DNA from: Heteronotia binoei
Taxonomy: Eukaryota
Assembly: GCF_032191835.1 (NCBI RefSeq)
Contig: NC_083237.1
Location: forward strand, 9,610,001-9,674,000
Length of the DNA stretch: 64,000 nt
Direction of reading: 5' to 3'
This document shows positions 22,134 to 34,843 of the stretch, piece by piece. Every line of letters starts with the position of its first letter. Position 1 is the first letter of the stretch. The translations under genes and the position numbers were made by a program. The notes beneath the pieces were generated by a model. That model searched no databases and had not been told where the DNA came from. It worked only from the letters and a program-made list of their open reading frames with translations.

Positions 22134-24996
22134 ACAAGTATATGAATGTCATGCTGTTACATGAGCTACTAGTGACTCTTGTAGAAACGTAATTGTGATG
22201 TCCTGAGATATAGGTTGATTCTTTGGATTCAAAATAAGTATCCTACAATATATTTAATTTGCACAAAATAAGACTTGCTGAGTCTTTCATGGGAAACTTC
22301 CGTTCATTTCTAATTCTTATTTAATTGAACTTGTGTCATATTTTGCAAACAGTTTCCGTTGACAACTTCAAATTTGTCCACATTATAGTTGTCAGCTCTT
22401 CTTTATAGGGGGAGCTTTAGGGAAGTGTGGTCTTGGAAAGAGTTGTCTATTTCCCCTCTATTTCTGTCCCATTTTTTCAAAGCTTTCAGGCAGCAGGTCT
22501 TCTACCACAAAACGTGTCTCTTGTGTCACAGGTCCTGCCACTGCCATCCTCCATGAAGATGTCTAGCCAAAAGGGAATCCAATCTTCCTCTAAGTGGCTC
22601 CCCATGACTATATAATATGGACCATTCCTTCCTTCTTTCATTTGCCTGCATTTAAGAATCTGAACTCTGAGGCCAGCATTTACTCAAATCCTTATATAGC
22701 TGCCCTTGTCTGAAAAGTGCCTGTGTTTGGGGCAGGCAGACAGATGGATAAAGAGATGTTCTGTCACATAACCACAGAGAAACATGGAAGGAAGATTTAG
22801 GTATGGATCATTGGTGACTCTTGAACAGATTTAGGGAGAACATTGTGCCCCATAGGACCTTCAGACCAGGTAGTTTAGAAGACCCAGCCAATGACGATGA
22901 AGACTGGGCACCCTCTGTAATGTGACCCATAATGCTATCTCAGTGACCAATTTTCTACAGACCTTGGGGAGGGAGATAAACTGGCCAAAAAAGAACGGGG
23001 GGGGGGGGGAGACGTAAGTTTTCCACAAGCAAATATTGTAAAACAAGGAATATCACTGGTCAATACAGGCAGGAGGAATACAGGCACTGTCCATTTAAAT
23101 ATTAACTATCAGTAATAATCCACAAGTGATAATACTGTGATGTAAGAATTACTTGGGCAGAAGTAGATGAGTCTTATTTGCTCAGAAAGTATCAATAATT
23201 ACTGCAAGTATGTGTTTTACAGAGACAGGTAATTTTAAACCAGTTCAGGCCACAATTGTGTTCAGATAACTTGGCATATTATAGAATTCTTTTTAAAACA
23301 ATGTTTAACTCCTTTTCAAGCATGCTAACAAAGTTCTACCAACACATCCTGGCCTTGACATTTGCTGTAGATGAGATCAACCAGAACCCCAAGATCTTGC
23401 CCAATGTCACTCTTGGATCCCACATTGGTGACAGCTACTACAATGAAAAAATGACCTACCGCATCACTCTAGATCTGCTGTATAAATCTCATGGCTTTTC
23501 CTCCAACTATGAATGTGACATCCATAAAAATCTAATGGCCATCATTGGAGGACTTGGCTCTGATATCTCCCTCCACATGGCAAATATTTTAAGCCTCTTC
23601 AAAATTCCACAGGTAAGATCGGTGCATGGAAGAATGGAATATTTATTTCTGGGAGTTCTCATGTGTATCAAATGGAAGGAGATGTATGATTGATCAAAAA
23701 CAATATCTCGACTCTTGCACAAAAGAACCGGTTGAAATGGAAAGGTTTTCCTAAGAAGAAGTAGGGTAATGTGGGGTTCTTTCGGAAAATTGTTTCTCAA
23801 TGACCATTCCCCTGAAATTACATGCCCAAACCTGAGAGAACTCAGCCAGAGCATCCTTGAATTGAACTCTTACCATGCTGAAAATTCCTTCCCTAAATAT
23901 TATTTGCATAACCAGGGGCAAACACACTAGAATTCTTCCTGAGCCATCTCTAAAATCTCTGCATGTTTCCTCTTAGCTCACATATGGGTCATTTGCCCAA
24001 GAAGAGAATGATATGACCCATTCCCCTTCCTTTTACTCCATGGTCCCAAATGAAGACCAACAATACATGGGGATTACTCGGCTGCTTCTTCATTTTGGAT
24101 GGACATGGGTTGGGCTTTTTGTTGTGAGTGATGACAGTGGAGAACATTTTGTGAAAGTCCTGGAGCCACTGCTTTCCCAAAATGGTATTTGTTTGGCCTT
24201 CACAGGAAGAATAAAAAACCAGTTCCAGTGGGATGGGCTGTCAGACGGTTTGGATTCCGTTTCTAACGTATTTCAACCTTTAACTGATAGCAAAGTGAAG
24301 ACATATCTCCTCTACGGAGAATCTAAGACGATTATTTCATTGATCACCCTTATAGTTATGGGAGATTTTGAATGGAAAAAAAAGGCAGCATTAAGAAAGG
24401 TGTGGATTACAACAGCACAAGCAGATTTTGCTTTGACCGCTGTCCAATGGGGCTGGGATTTTGAATTTCTCCATGGAGCCATTTCCTTCACGATTGCCAC
24501 CAAGGAGCTTCCAGGCTTCCAGAAATTTCTTCAAGCCATCAAACCTGATTGGACTAAACAAGACAGTTTTTTCAAGGAATTCTGGGAGCAAGCGTTTGCC
24601 TGCTCTTTTCTAAATTCCAGGGATGACATGGATGTTGATAAAGCATGCACTGGGGAGGAGAGTCTAGAGAATCTGCCAGGCCCTGTTTTTGAAACACGCA
24701 TACTTGGCCACAGCTATAGCATCTATAATGCTGTCTATGCCATTGGCCATGCGCTTCATGCCATTTATATAACTCGATACAAGCACAGAAAATTGGTGGA
24801 TAGGAAAAAAGTTGACCTTCAGGATGTCCAGCCTTGGCAGGTAACATTTCCATAACACAATTCCCCCTCCCCCTTCTGTTTCTTAAATTGGGAGATAATA
24901 AGGTATTCTGAATATCTGGTCTAGCTCAGCACTGTAAACTGCAATTGTCAGTGACTTTCCAGGGTCTCAAGTGAAGAAAGATTGTTCAGTCTAGTG

Positions 24997-25780
24997 CAGG
25001 GGTAGCCAAATTATGGCTCAGGAGCCACATGTGGCTCTTTCACACATATTGTGTGGCTCTTGAAGCCCCTACCACTCCATCAACCAGCTAAGAGAAGACA
25101 TTTGTCTCTTTAAATCACTTCTCCAAGCCAAGCCAGCCAGTAGCTTGGAGAATGCATTTAAAGTTAAAGCTGCATTATTTCCACCCCTTCCTTCCTTCCT
25201 GGAGAGCCAGTTTGGTGTAGTGATTAAGTGTGCGGACTCTTATCTGGGAGAACCGGGTTTGATTCCCCACTCCTCCACTTGCACCTGCTAGTATGGCCTT
25301 GGGTCAGCCATAGCTCTGGCAGAGGTTGTCCTTGAAAGGGCAGCTGCTGTGAGAGCCCTCTCAGCCCCACCCACCTCACAGGGTGTCTGTTGTGGGGGAG
25401 GAAGGTAAAGGAGATTGTGAGCCGCTCTGAGACTCTTCGGAGTGGAGGGCGGGATATAAATCCAATATCTTCATCTACCTCACAGGGTGTCTGTTGTGGG
25501 GGAGGAAGGTAAAGGAGATTGTGAGCCACTCTGAGACTCTTCAGAGTGGAGGGTGGGATATAGATCCNNNNNNNNNNNNNNNNNNNNNNNNNNNNNNNNN
25601 NNNNNNNNNNNNNNNNNNNNNNNNNNNNNNNNNNNNNNNNNNNNNNNNNNNNNNNNNNNNNNNNNNNNNNNNNNNNNNNNNNNNNNNNNNNNNNNNNNNN
25701 NNNNNNNNNNNNNNNNNNNNNNNNNNNNTCTGATGCTTATTCTATGTGGCTCTTACATTAAGCAAGTTTGGCCACCCCTG
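24997..25780. mobile_element. hAT MITE (CAGGGGTGGCCAAAC family) containing a nested tRNA-SINE (about 25203-25567, +) and an assembly gap
   Basis: TIR CAGGGGTAGCCAAA/TTTGGCCACCCCTG; TSD GTCTAGTG/ATTTAGTG; same family as 52820-53156. Confidence 0.75.
25568..25728. other. Assembly gap (N run)
   Basis: Run of N. Confidence 1.
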
Positions 25781-26679
25781 ATTTAGTGCCTTCCCAGCAC
25801 TGATTTTTTTTTTACTGAAGTTGCAGTCTTCCTTTAGGCCACATTTTGTTGTCTTTTTCCTTCTGCTCAACCAAATAACATTTAAAAAAAAGTTTGTACC
25901 TGATTATTCAGATGGCACTATCTTTCTCCATTTTTAAAAAAAATAAGTTTGATCCTTGGTTGGATTAGGAGACGTGCTGAGAATACGAAGCAGGAGATCA
26001 CACCAAAAAGAACTCTGTATATCCTCAGCAGCCATATTTCTTACTCTCCTTTACCTGATACTTAAATACTTAAAAGGGCCAATGGTGCTTGCTGTGTCTT
26101 CTGCAGCAGAAGATTGGTTTGTTCTACATGGTCAAGCCCGATGTAGATAGAAAAACAGGGAAGTTTATCAGCATGATTTGTTGTTTTTGAAAAATCATAG
26201 ATGAAGATTTCTTTTCATCAGAATTTCCTTTTATTTCCCTTTTTGTGCAGCTCCACTCATTTCTTCAACGTGTTTCGTTTAACAACTCCGCCGGACAAAC
26301 AGTCTCCTTCAATGAGAAGATGGAAATAGTTGCCGGATTTGACATTACAAACTTGGTCACGTTCCCAAACAGGTCTTTCCAGAGAGTGAAAGTTGGAGAG
26401 ATGAATGCCTTCACCTTGGAAGGAAAAGAATTCATGATTTATGAGGATCGAATTGTGTGGCAGAAGAGTCTTAACCAGGTATTGATTGATTTACTTACTT
26501 CTTTTACCCCTAAGCTTGCCAGGACTACTGATATAGATGCAGACTCCAGCAGTTCCTGAGCCCACTGAGTGGGCAGTGGGGAATACTACAAACCAGAGCT
26601 TTTTTGGTGGGAAAAGCCCAACAGGAACTCATTTGCATATTAGGTCACACCCCTTGACACCAAGCTAGCTAGAACTACT

Positions 26680-27386
26680 TGGGGCTACCTCTGTGCCGGA
26701 CCCGGAAGTTGCAGCTGGTGCAGAACGCGTCGGCCAGGCTACTATTGGGGCTCTCGAAATGGGAGCACATACGGCCCTGGGCTGCGCGAACTGCACTGGC
26801 TGCCAATTACCTACCGAGTCCAGTACAAAGTGTTGGTTATTACCTTTAAAGCCCTATATGGCCGAGGACCAGCCTACCTAAGGGACCGTCTCTCCCCATA
26901 TGAACCCCAGAGGGCACTGAGGTCAATGGGTAAAAATAAAGTGACCATCCCTGGGCCGAGAGAGGTCAAACTTCAAAACACCAGAACACGGGCCTTCTCA
27001 GCCGCGGCTCCTGCACTGTGGAACCAACTTCCGGAGGAAGTGCGGGTCCTGCGGAACCTTGACCAGTTCCGCAGGGCCTGCAAGACCGCCCTTTTCAGAC
27101 AAGCCTATGCTGATATTGACTGCTGAGTTGCTAAGAATAAAGAACCGCCATATATAATACGATCACGGAACTATCTAAACTGGCAGAACCAGCGCCAAAC
27201 AATTTTATTGCTGCCAGATATATTTAATGTAATTTGAATTATGTATTTTAACTTAATCAACTGGTTTTTATGTTTAATTTCTTTTAATTGTTAAATTTAA
27301 AGTTTTATCTATTTATGTTAATTGTGTGAAATGTTGTTAGCCGCCCTGAGCCGCCTAGGCGGGGAGGGCGGGATATAAATAAAATC

Positions 27387-27463
<77 letters not shown>
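26680..27463 (+). mobile_element. L2-clade LINE 3' fragment with (TTA)n tail
   Basis: ORF2 C-terminus LVITFKAL..YLRDRLSPY.P.RALRS..RAFSAAAPALWNQLP; 3' end GAGGGCGGGATATAAAT followed by (TTA)n. Confidence 0.88.
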
Positions 27464-27466
<3 letters not shown>

Positions 27467-27734
27467 GTGTTCCTGGGTGTTCCTGCTAACAAAACAAAAC
27501 CTCTGCTACAAACTAGTCTCCTGCTATGTGCTAGCCACAAGCCAGCAGCTGGCACTTATATTTATATCCAGGGCTTTTTTTCTGGAGGAATGTTCCAGAA
27601 CAGAATTCTGGAACCACTTCATGGAAACATTTAAAAAAAAAATCTAAAAGTTCATGAGGGGCACCAGGGGAGCCTGACTTTCTTTGATCCCACAAAGTAT
27701 GTTAAAACACAGTTGCTTCAAGGTCATCATTCAG

Positions 27735-28285
27735 TAGGGTTGCCAATCCCCAGGTGGGGGCAGGGGATCCCCCAGTTTGGAGATCCTCCGCTCGCTTTAG
27801 GGTCATCAGAAAGCAGGGGGAGGAGAGGGAAATGTCTGCTGGGTGCTCATGATTCCCTATGGAGACTTATTCCCATAGGAAATAATGGATAATTGATCTG
27901 TGGGTATCTGGAGCTCTGCGGGCCCTGTTTGTTCAGGTAGAGGCACCAAATTTTCAGTATCGCATGCAGCATCACTCCCTCAAATACCCCCCAGGTTTCA
28001 AAAAATATTGGATCAGGGGGTCTAATTCTATGAGCCCCCAAAGAAGGTGACCCTATCCTTCATTATTTCCTATGCAAGGAAGGCATTGTAAAGGTGTGCG
28101 GTCCCTTGAAATGTGATGACCAGAACTCCCTTTGGAGTTCAATTATGCTTGTCACACCCTTGATTTTGGCCCCACCCCTAATGTCTCCTGGCTCCACCCC
28201 AAAATCTCCGGGCTCCACCCCTGACGTCTCCCGGCTCCACCCCCAAAGTCCCCAGATATTTCTTGAATTGGATTTGGCAACCCTA
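27735..28285. mobile_element. hAT-type MITE (TAGGGTTGCC family)
   Basis: TIR TAGGGTTGCCAA/TTGGCAACCCTA; perfect 8-bp TSD TCATTCAG. Confidence 0.9.
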
Positions 28286-28907
28286 TCATTCAGTGTTAGG
28301 CACCAAAAGCAAGGCCTGGAGAGGCAAGTCCGTAGCACATGAAAATAATATTGTTTCAAAGAAGCCCTTGTGTTCGCCTTCATTTCTCTCTTGAATCCTC
28401 CAGCACCTCTTTTTCCAGGAAAAGAAAAGCCCTGTTTATATCCCACTTTTGACTCCAATGGACCACCAAAGCGGCTTACAGTATTTCCCGTTTTCCTTTG
28501 GATCATCATAATCACACTGTGAGGCAGGCTAGGTGCATAATGAGAGACAGGCCCAGCATATCCCCATGGCAGAGCAGGGGTTCAAAACTGGGTTCCCTCC
28601 ATTCTACAGAATTTAGCACGGAATTTGATATTTCAATGTCTGGATGTTTAACCCTTGTTGTAAGCTGCCCTGCGCCCGCTTGCAGGATAGGGCAGGATAT
28701 ATATTTTTTTAAATAAATAAATAAATAAAATTAAATCTTCTGTTTATCATCACACTATTAGCCACAGCTTATTGTTGGAACTCTTTGTCTGGGGCAGTGA
28801 TGCTCTGGATTCTTATGCTTGGGGAGGGGCACAGTGGGAGGGCTTCTGACCCCACTGGTGGACCTCTTGAGGGCACTTGGATTTTTGGGGCCACTGTGTG
28901 ACACAGA

Positions 28908-30025
28908 GGGTGCGGTCACACTTACATTAAATCCATCAGCAACCCATCTTTAAAGCACCGTTATTTCGTATGTCAGATAATCCGCCGCATCCTGTTTCTC
29001 GATCAGACAGCATGGAGTTCCGATGGCATGCCGTGTTGATCCCGTCCCCTGCTCGATCACACAGCGCCCTCCGGAACTTCTTTCAGATGGCGGCAATCCA
29101 TATTAGCGCAGGCGCAGTGCTGGGCGCTAACAGGAGGGTTTGCGGGGTTTCCGGCTATTAAACCTTTTTTTTTTTGTTTCCCCGCTGCTCTATCGATATA
29201 TCGATATATCGATATATCGTTGTGTCGAAATGGAATTTTTGAGCTCTTGCTTGGTGGCCGTCCGGTCGCCGCCGCGCTCCGAGACCTCCGCGTCTCCCGG
29301 CACGTACGGAGGGATCGGCGGGTGGGCGCCCCCCAGCAGCCTGGGCCGGAGGCTGGAACACATCCCCATGGTGGCGGCCAAAGGTTCCCACGTCCCCCGG
29401 GCCGGACACGCGACTCGCACGCACACCCGGCTAGATTCAAGCTGTTGTCGTGTCCGTTGTGACCTTTTCAATCCCTTTTTAGTAGGATGAATGCAAAAGG
29501 GGGGGTGGAGATCCCAACTACTACAATTACAAAAGAAACTTTTCTCAGTCTGAGCCCTTGGTATGGTGCATGCACGAAAGCTCATAGCAGGATTAAAACC
29601 GTGCAGCCGTGTTGGTCATACAGGTGCGATATTTCGATATATCGCTATTACGCAATAAACTAAAATATTTTTTTTTAAAAAAAGGCCGGGCTTGCACGTT
29701 TCAGAAGGCCCCCCCCCTTCCTTCGATGGCGCAGTGATATGCATTTTGCTTGTGGCGGGAAGCTGGAAGCGGGAAGCGCTGTTGCAACTCAGCAACGATT
29801 GCCCGTCCAGACGCTCCAGAGCGCCCAGGAAGCGCTCAGAAAACGTCTTGTTCCGGATTAAAAGCAGTGGCAAATTAATCCGCGAGCAAGGCGCATCAGC
29901 GTGGGACGGGCACGGGCTAAGCACGCTTCACAGATGTGGATGTGTGAACGTCCCGGTAAAATCCGACATGCATGCGGGCTCAACTCATGCCTGTAGCGGG
30001 GTTTTTTGGACGTCTGACCGCACCC
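28908..30025. mobile_element. Non-autonomous TIR DNA transposon, probably PIF/Harbinger, CpG-rich, inserted into a CR1 3' end
   Basis: TIR GGGTGCGGTCACAC/GTCTGACCGCACCC; 3-bp TSD AGA (a 5-bp CAGAG reading is also possible); splits the CR1 unit GACACAGAGTGTTGG. Confidence 0.8.
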
Positions 30026-30842
30026 AGAGTGTTGGAGTGGATGGGCCGTTGGCCTGATCCAACATGGCTTCTCTTATGTTCTTATTATGTAACCTGTAAG
30101 CCACCCTGAGCCTGTTGTGTTGGGAGGGCAGGATACGGATCAAAACAAACACACAAACAAACAAACAGCCCTCACTCACATGGCTTCCTGGGACCTGCAT
30201 GGACAAGGAAGCCATATGAGTGAGACCTGCACCTTTGTTACCTGTCAAAGGGAACCCCTTCCTACCATTCCAACCAGTAGGTAAACTGTTTTTTTCCAAC
30301 TCAATACCCTGCATGATTGAGATAGCACTTGTGGATTGTTACAGACATAAGGGTTGATGTTCTTTCATTGCAAGCGTCAGTGGTTTAATTATACTTCAAC
30401 TTTACAGCACTTTCTAAAATATCCTGTCCTAAACTTTTCATGGTTTTGATAGGCGGTGCCACTTTCTGTTTGTAATGACTGCTGCTTGCCTGGTTATCGG
30501 AAGAAAAAGAAGGAAGGAGAGAAATTTTGCTGCTATGATTGTATTGCGTGCCCAGAAGGACAGATTTCAAGGCAAAGGGGTAAGCGGTGCGTGGTGCAAT
30601 CCTAAACAGATTAACAGTCTGTTAAGCCTTTCTGTTTCAATACATTTCGATGGGTGATCCGTTCAGGATTACACTGGTAGCGTACCACACTTTCCACCGT
30701 ACTGATAATACTGATGACCAAAGGCTGACTACGCCCTAAGTTAGCACAATCCTGCCAGAAAGGTAGAATCGTTTGGGCACAGGGTCAAAGAATTCAGAAT
30801 ATTTCAGTGCTGTCATATCAGCCATTCAACTCAGAACCATAA

Positions 30843-30968
30843 GTAAAAGGTAAAGGCAGTTCCCTCTGCGTGCATCGAGTCATTACTGACCCGTGGGGGT
30901 GATGTCACATCATGCTGTTTTCTTGGCAGACTTTTTGTTGTCGGGTGGTTTGCCACTGCCTTCTCCAT
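30843..30968 (-). mobile_element. Sauria SINE 3' fragment
   Basis: AAAAGGTAAAGGCAG..GTGGTTTGCCACTGCCTTC, homologous to 15724-15845. Confidence 0.7.
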
Positions 30969-32391
30969 AACCATAAGTGGCACGTAATAAAGCGATGCAC
31001 ATTCATTGGAGAGTCTAACCTAGAACAGATGCAGTGGTGATTGCATGAAGCAGCAGATAGAATGTGTATTAGATTCTACTAATATCCAAGATGTTAATTG
31101 CCCTGAGTCTGCCTTGGTGGGGGGAAGGGGGTGCGAGGCAGAGTATAAATTGAACTAATAAATAGATAATATTACCATATGCATCAGCATTAGGGTCTGG
31201 CACTTTGATGAGACCATCTTTTTTTTCCCTCCAGATTTGGATGACTGCACCCAGTGCCCCGAAGATCAGTATCCAAACAAGGGCCACGACAGTTGTATTC
31301 CCAAAGTGATAACCTTTTTGTCCGTTGAAGAACCTTTGGGGATCAGTTTAGCTACTATTGCAGTCTCTTTTTCTCTGTTCACTTTCTTGGTGCTTGGGAC
31401 TTTTATTAAGCACAGAGATAGCCCCATTGTCAAAGCCAACAATCGAGATATCACTTACGGACTCCTGATCTCTCTCCTGCTCTGCTTCCTCTGTCCCTTG
31501 ATCTTTCTTGGGAGACCAAGAATGGTGACCTGCTTTCTCCAACAATCAGCTTTTGGCATCGTCTTCACAGTGGCTGTTTCTTGCATCTTGGCCAAAACTG
31601 TCACTGTAGTTGTAGCTTTCATGGCCACCAAACCAGGGTCCAAGATGAGGAAATGGTTGGGGAAAAGACTGGCATATAGCATTGTTCTTTCCTGCTCCAT
31701 TATCCAAATGTGTATTTGTACAGTGTGGCTAGGAACGACTCCCCCTTTCCCAGATTTCGATACCAAGTCAACAACTGAAGAGATTATAGTACAATGTAAT
31801 GAGGGATCTCTTATCATGTTTTATATTGTTCTTAGTTACATGGGCCTTCTGTCCATCGTGAGCTTCATTGTGGCTTTCCTAGCCAGGAAGTTGCCAGACA
31901 GTTTTAATGAAGCCAGGTTTATCACTTTCAGCATGTTGATGTTTTGTAGTGTTTGGGTGTCTTTTGTTCCAGCCTTTCTAAGCACTAAAGGGAAATACAT
32001 GGTTGCTGTCGAGATCTTCTCCATCTTGACATCCAGTTCTGGATTACTGGTCTGTATCTTTTTTCCTAAATGCTACATTATTCTTCTGAGGCCAGAGTTA
32101 AACAACAGGGGACAACTATTGAGAAAGAATTAAATTGTCCAATAATATACATTCCTTCTATACTGCCTATACAATCGATATGATAGCTAAATTTGAGTCC
32201 AGTAGCTTTTAAGAGATCAACATGATGGGGGAAGGGGAGCAGGATAAGCTTATACTCAAAATCTTGTAGTTCTTTAAAGTACTGTTCAATTCAAATCAAA
32301 TCTAGCTGTTCTACTGCAGACCTGACCTCATTTTGGGCAGGAGAGCTCAAGAACCATAAAATTTCATTGTGCTCTTTCTTTCTTGGATGGA

Positions 32392-32678
32392 GAGCCAGTT
32401 TGGTGTAGTGGTTGAGTGTGCAGACTCTTATCTGGGAGAACCGGGTTTGATTCCCCACTCTTCCACTTTCACCTACTAGCATGGCCTTGGGTCAGCCATA
32501 GTTCTGGCAGAGGTTGTCCTTGAAAGGGCAGCTGCTGTGAGAGCCCTCTCCAGCCCCACCCACCTCACAGGGTGTCTGTTGTGGGGGAGGAAGATAAAGG
32601 AGATTGTGAGCCACTCTGAGACTCTTCGGAGTGGAGGGCAGGATATAAATCCAATATCTTCATCATCTTCTTCTTCTT
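32392..32678 (+). mobile_element. tRNA-derived SINE
   Basis: Full-length copy from GAGCCAGTTTGGTGTAGTGG to a (CTT)n tail. Confidence 0.9.
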
Positions 32679-32802
32679 ACCCTCCCCTCCACAAAAAAAA
32701 CCCCTAAAACCCCCTTGCTTCTGGGCTCCATTGTTCAAACCCGCTGTCAAGATTTGACAAACTTTCTAATATTTCCCCCCACAAAAAAGGGAGAATAACC
32801 AA

Positions 32803-32843
<41 letters not shown>

Positions 32844-34179
32844 ATCAGACAGATGGAAATCTTCCTCATCCCACTGTTGCCGCATAGTTGAAAATAGTTT
32901 TTAAAAGTATGACGGGAGTCAGATTTTATTATGACAATCAATTGAAGAAGCATTTTAAAGTAGATGCTGAGCTGATATAATTTAGCACAGCTGGTGATGT
33001 CAGGGATATGTGGTGTATGCAAATGAGTCCGGCACCTGTTTTTATACAAAACTAGAATCAATATGTTGGGCTTATTCTAGTAGCCAGCTAGAGTTGCTGT
33101 CTACATCAGTCAATCCAATATACTGTCAAGCATCGGTATTTGTAATAATCAAGCGTTTGTTTAATTCAAAGACTTGTTTTATTTGATAATCCAACACTTG
33201 CTCCAAGGAATGATGCCTTGGAAGTGATACATAGTTTCACACAGCATAGAATCTTAAAGGTTACTTCAAAGGCACAATTGTTGATAACTTCAAAAGCATA
33301 ACATATAGATGTGAATTGCATAGAAGTTTCAACTGGTACTATCAACTATTCATTTGGTCACTACAACGTCTCCTAGTTCCCACAAATTCCATTTCTACTG
33401 ATAAGCCATATGGATGGGAACTCGTGGGAGAGGCATTTTACTTACAAAAACAAGGTTACTTGCATATCCTGAATGACTAAGAACTACCAGGTGGGGTGGG
33501 GGGAAGCTTTGAAGAGGAGCGTTTATGCAGAAAAGGCAGAGAGGGAAAAGGGAGGGGGAACTGAAGAACATAGAATACATATTGATTCAAATATCAGAAA
33601 TAGCATGCTTGACATATACCTGTGAATAATCTATGTGAATGATAAACTGTTAATTAAATCTATGAATGGAATGCGATTAAGGTATGGCAAATGATATCAT
33701 AAGCCCTATGGAAGAGAGAGTGGGAAAGTGTCATATTGACTGGACATTGCATGATTTCTTTTCTTGAAAATGCTTTTTAGGATATTCAAAACCCTTGCAT
33801 CCCATTTGGGATGAATGAGCCTTGTTTAATGTTTGTTTTATTTTATTTTTATTTCTGCCATGGGTGACTTTTCAAAAGCTTGATAAGGTTAGTTTTGTGG
33901 TCTGGCTTTCAGGAGAGATGCTGCCAATTTCTAGAAACCCACCAACCCATCTCATTATAGGTAAAATATGCAAATCCCATCCTACATCAAGAGCAATTTG
34001 AACAGCTTAAGTAGGATTCTTTCCCTCTGCAGTCTCATAGGCAATTTATCTAACAGTCAAAATGGTCCCATCAATGGATGCTTAAATCTCTAAATTTTAG
34101 TTTCCTTTCTTTTATTTTCTTACATTAAAAATACTGCAGATGACCCAGCCTGGAGAGTTTTCATGATCCCGAGAGAGGG

Positions 34180-34218
34180 TTTTTTTGCCTGACTTCAGAT
34201 TAATTTCCTCTCACTGTG
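34180..34218 (-). other. RSS of VH-4: 23-bp spacer, variant nonamer
   Basis: CACAGTG (34218-34212), 23 nt, GCAAAAAAA (34188-34180). Confidence 0.85.
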
Positions 34219-34843
34219 TATCCAACACAGTAATACACAGCAGTGTCTTCGAGTTTCAGGTTCTTCATTTGCAGGTGCAGTAGGCTGTTGGAATTGTCCC
34301 TGGAGATGGTGAACCGTCCTTTCACAGAATCTGAGTAGTAAGTTGCGGAGTCTTGTATGAGGGCTACCCATTCTAGTCCCTTTCCAGGAGCCTGTCTGAA
34401 CCAATCAAAATGGTAGCTGTGGAAGGGGAACGCAGAGCCTTGACAGGAAAGATGGAGAGAGTCTCCAGGCCTCTTCGTATTTCCTCCAGATGCCACCAGC
34501 TGGACTGAATGTGCTGCTGCAGAAAGAAAGNNNNNNNNNNNNNNNNNNNNNNNNNNNNNNNNNNNNNNNNNNNNNNNNNNNNNNNNNNNNNNNNNNNNNN
34601 NNNNNNNNNNNNNNNNNNNNNNNNNNNNNNNNNNNNNNNNNNNNNNNNNNNNNNNNNNNNNNNNNNNNNNNNNNNNNNNNNNNNNNNNNNNNNNNNNNNN
34701 NNNNNNNNNNNNNNNNNNNNNNNNNNNNNNNNNNNNNNNNNNNNNNNNNNNNNNNNNNNNNNNCTCTGTGTTTTATTTAAAAATATAAGCTTACCCCTGA
34801 AAACTGCTACAAAGAAAACTAATTGAAGCAAAAAAATTGGCAT
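34219..34843 (-). CDS. IGHV: IGHV segment VH-4 (clan III-like, paralogue of VH-2)
   Basis: Leader 34843-34795 ([16 protein letters not shown]); V exon 34516-34219 [48 protein letters not shown]. The intron spans an N gap. Perfect octamer at 34966-34959. Confidence 0.9.
34531..34763. other. Assembly gap (N run) inside the VH-4 intron
   Basis: Run of N. Confidence 1.

Larger units (their letters stand above)
20945..32133 (+). pseudogene. Vmn2r: V2R gene B: complete six-exon structure, +1 frameshift in exon 1 (pseudogene or assembly error)
   Basis: Exons 20945-21160, 23321-23612, 23977-24840, 26251-26478, 30453-30579, 31235-32133. Exon 1 is 216 nt where phase 2 needs 215; an extra T in the run at 21025-21029 gives TGA at 21044-21046. 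All other exons are open. Close paralogue of gene A. Confidence 0.88.

Noticed and set aside
28970-30057. Cluster of overlapping ORFs in the CpG-rich insert
   Set aside because: Expected from GC-rich, stop-poor DNA; no transposase or other motif recognised.
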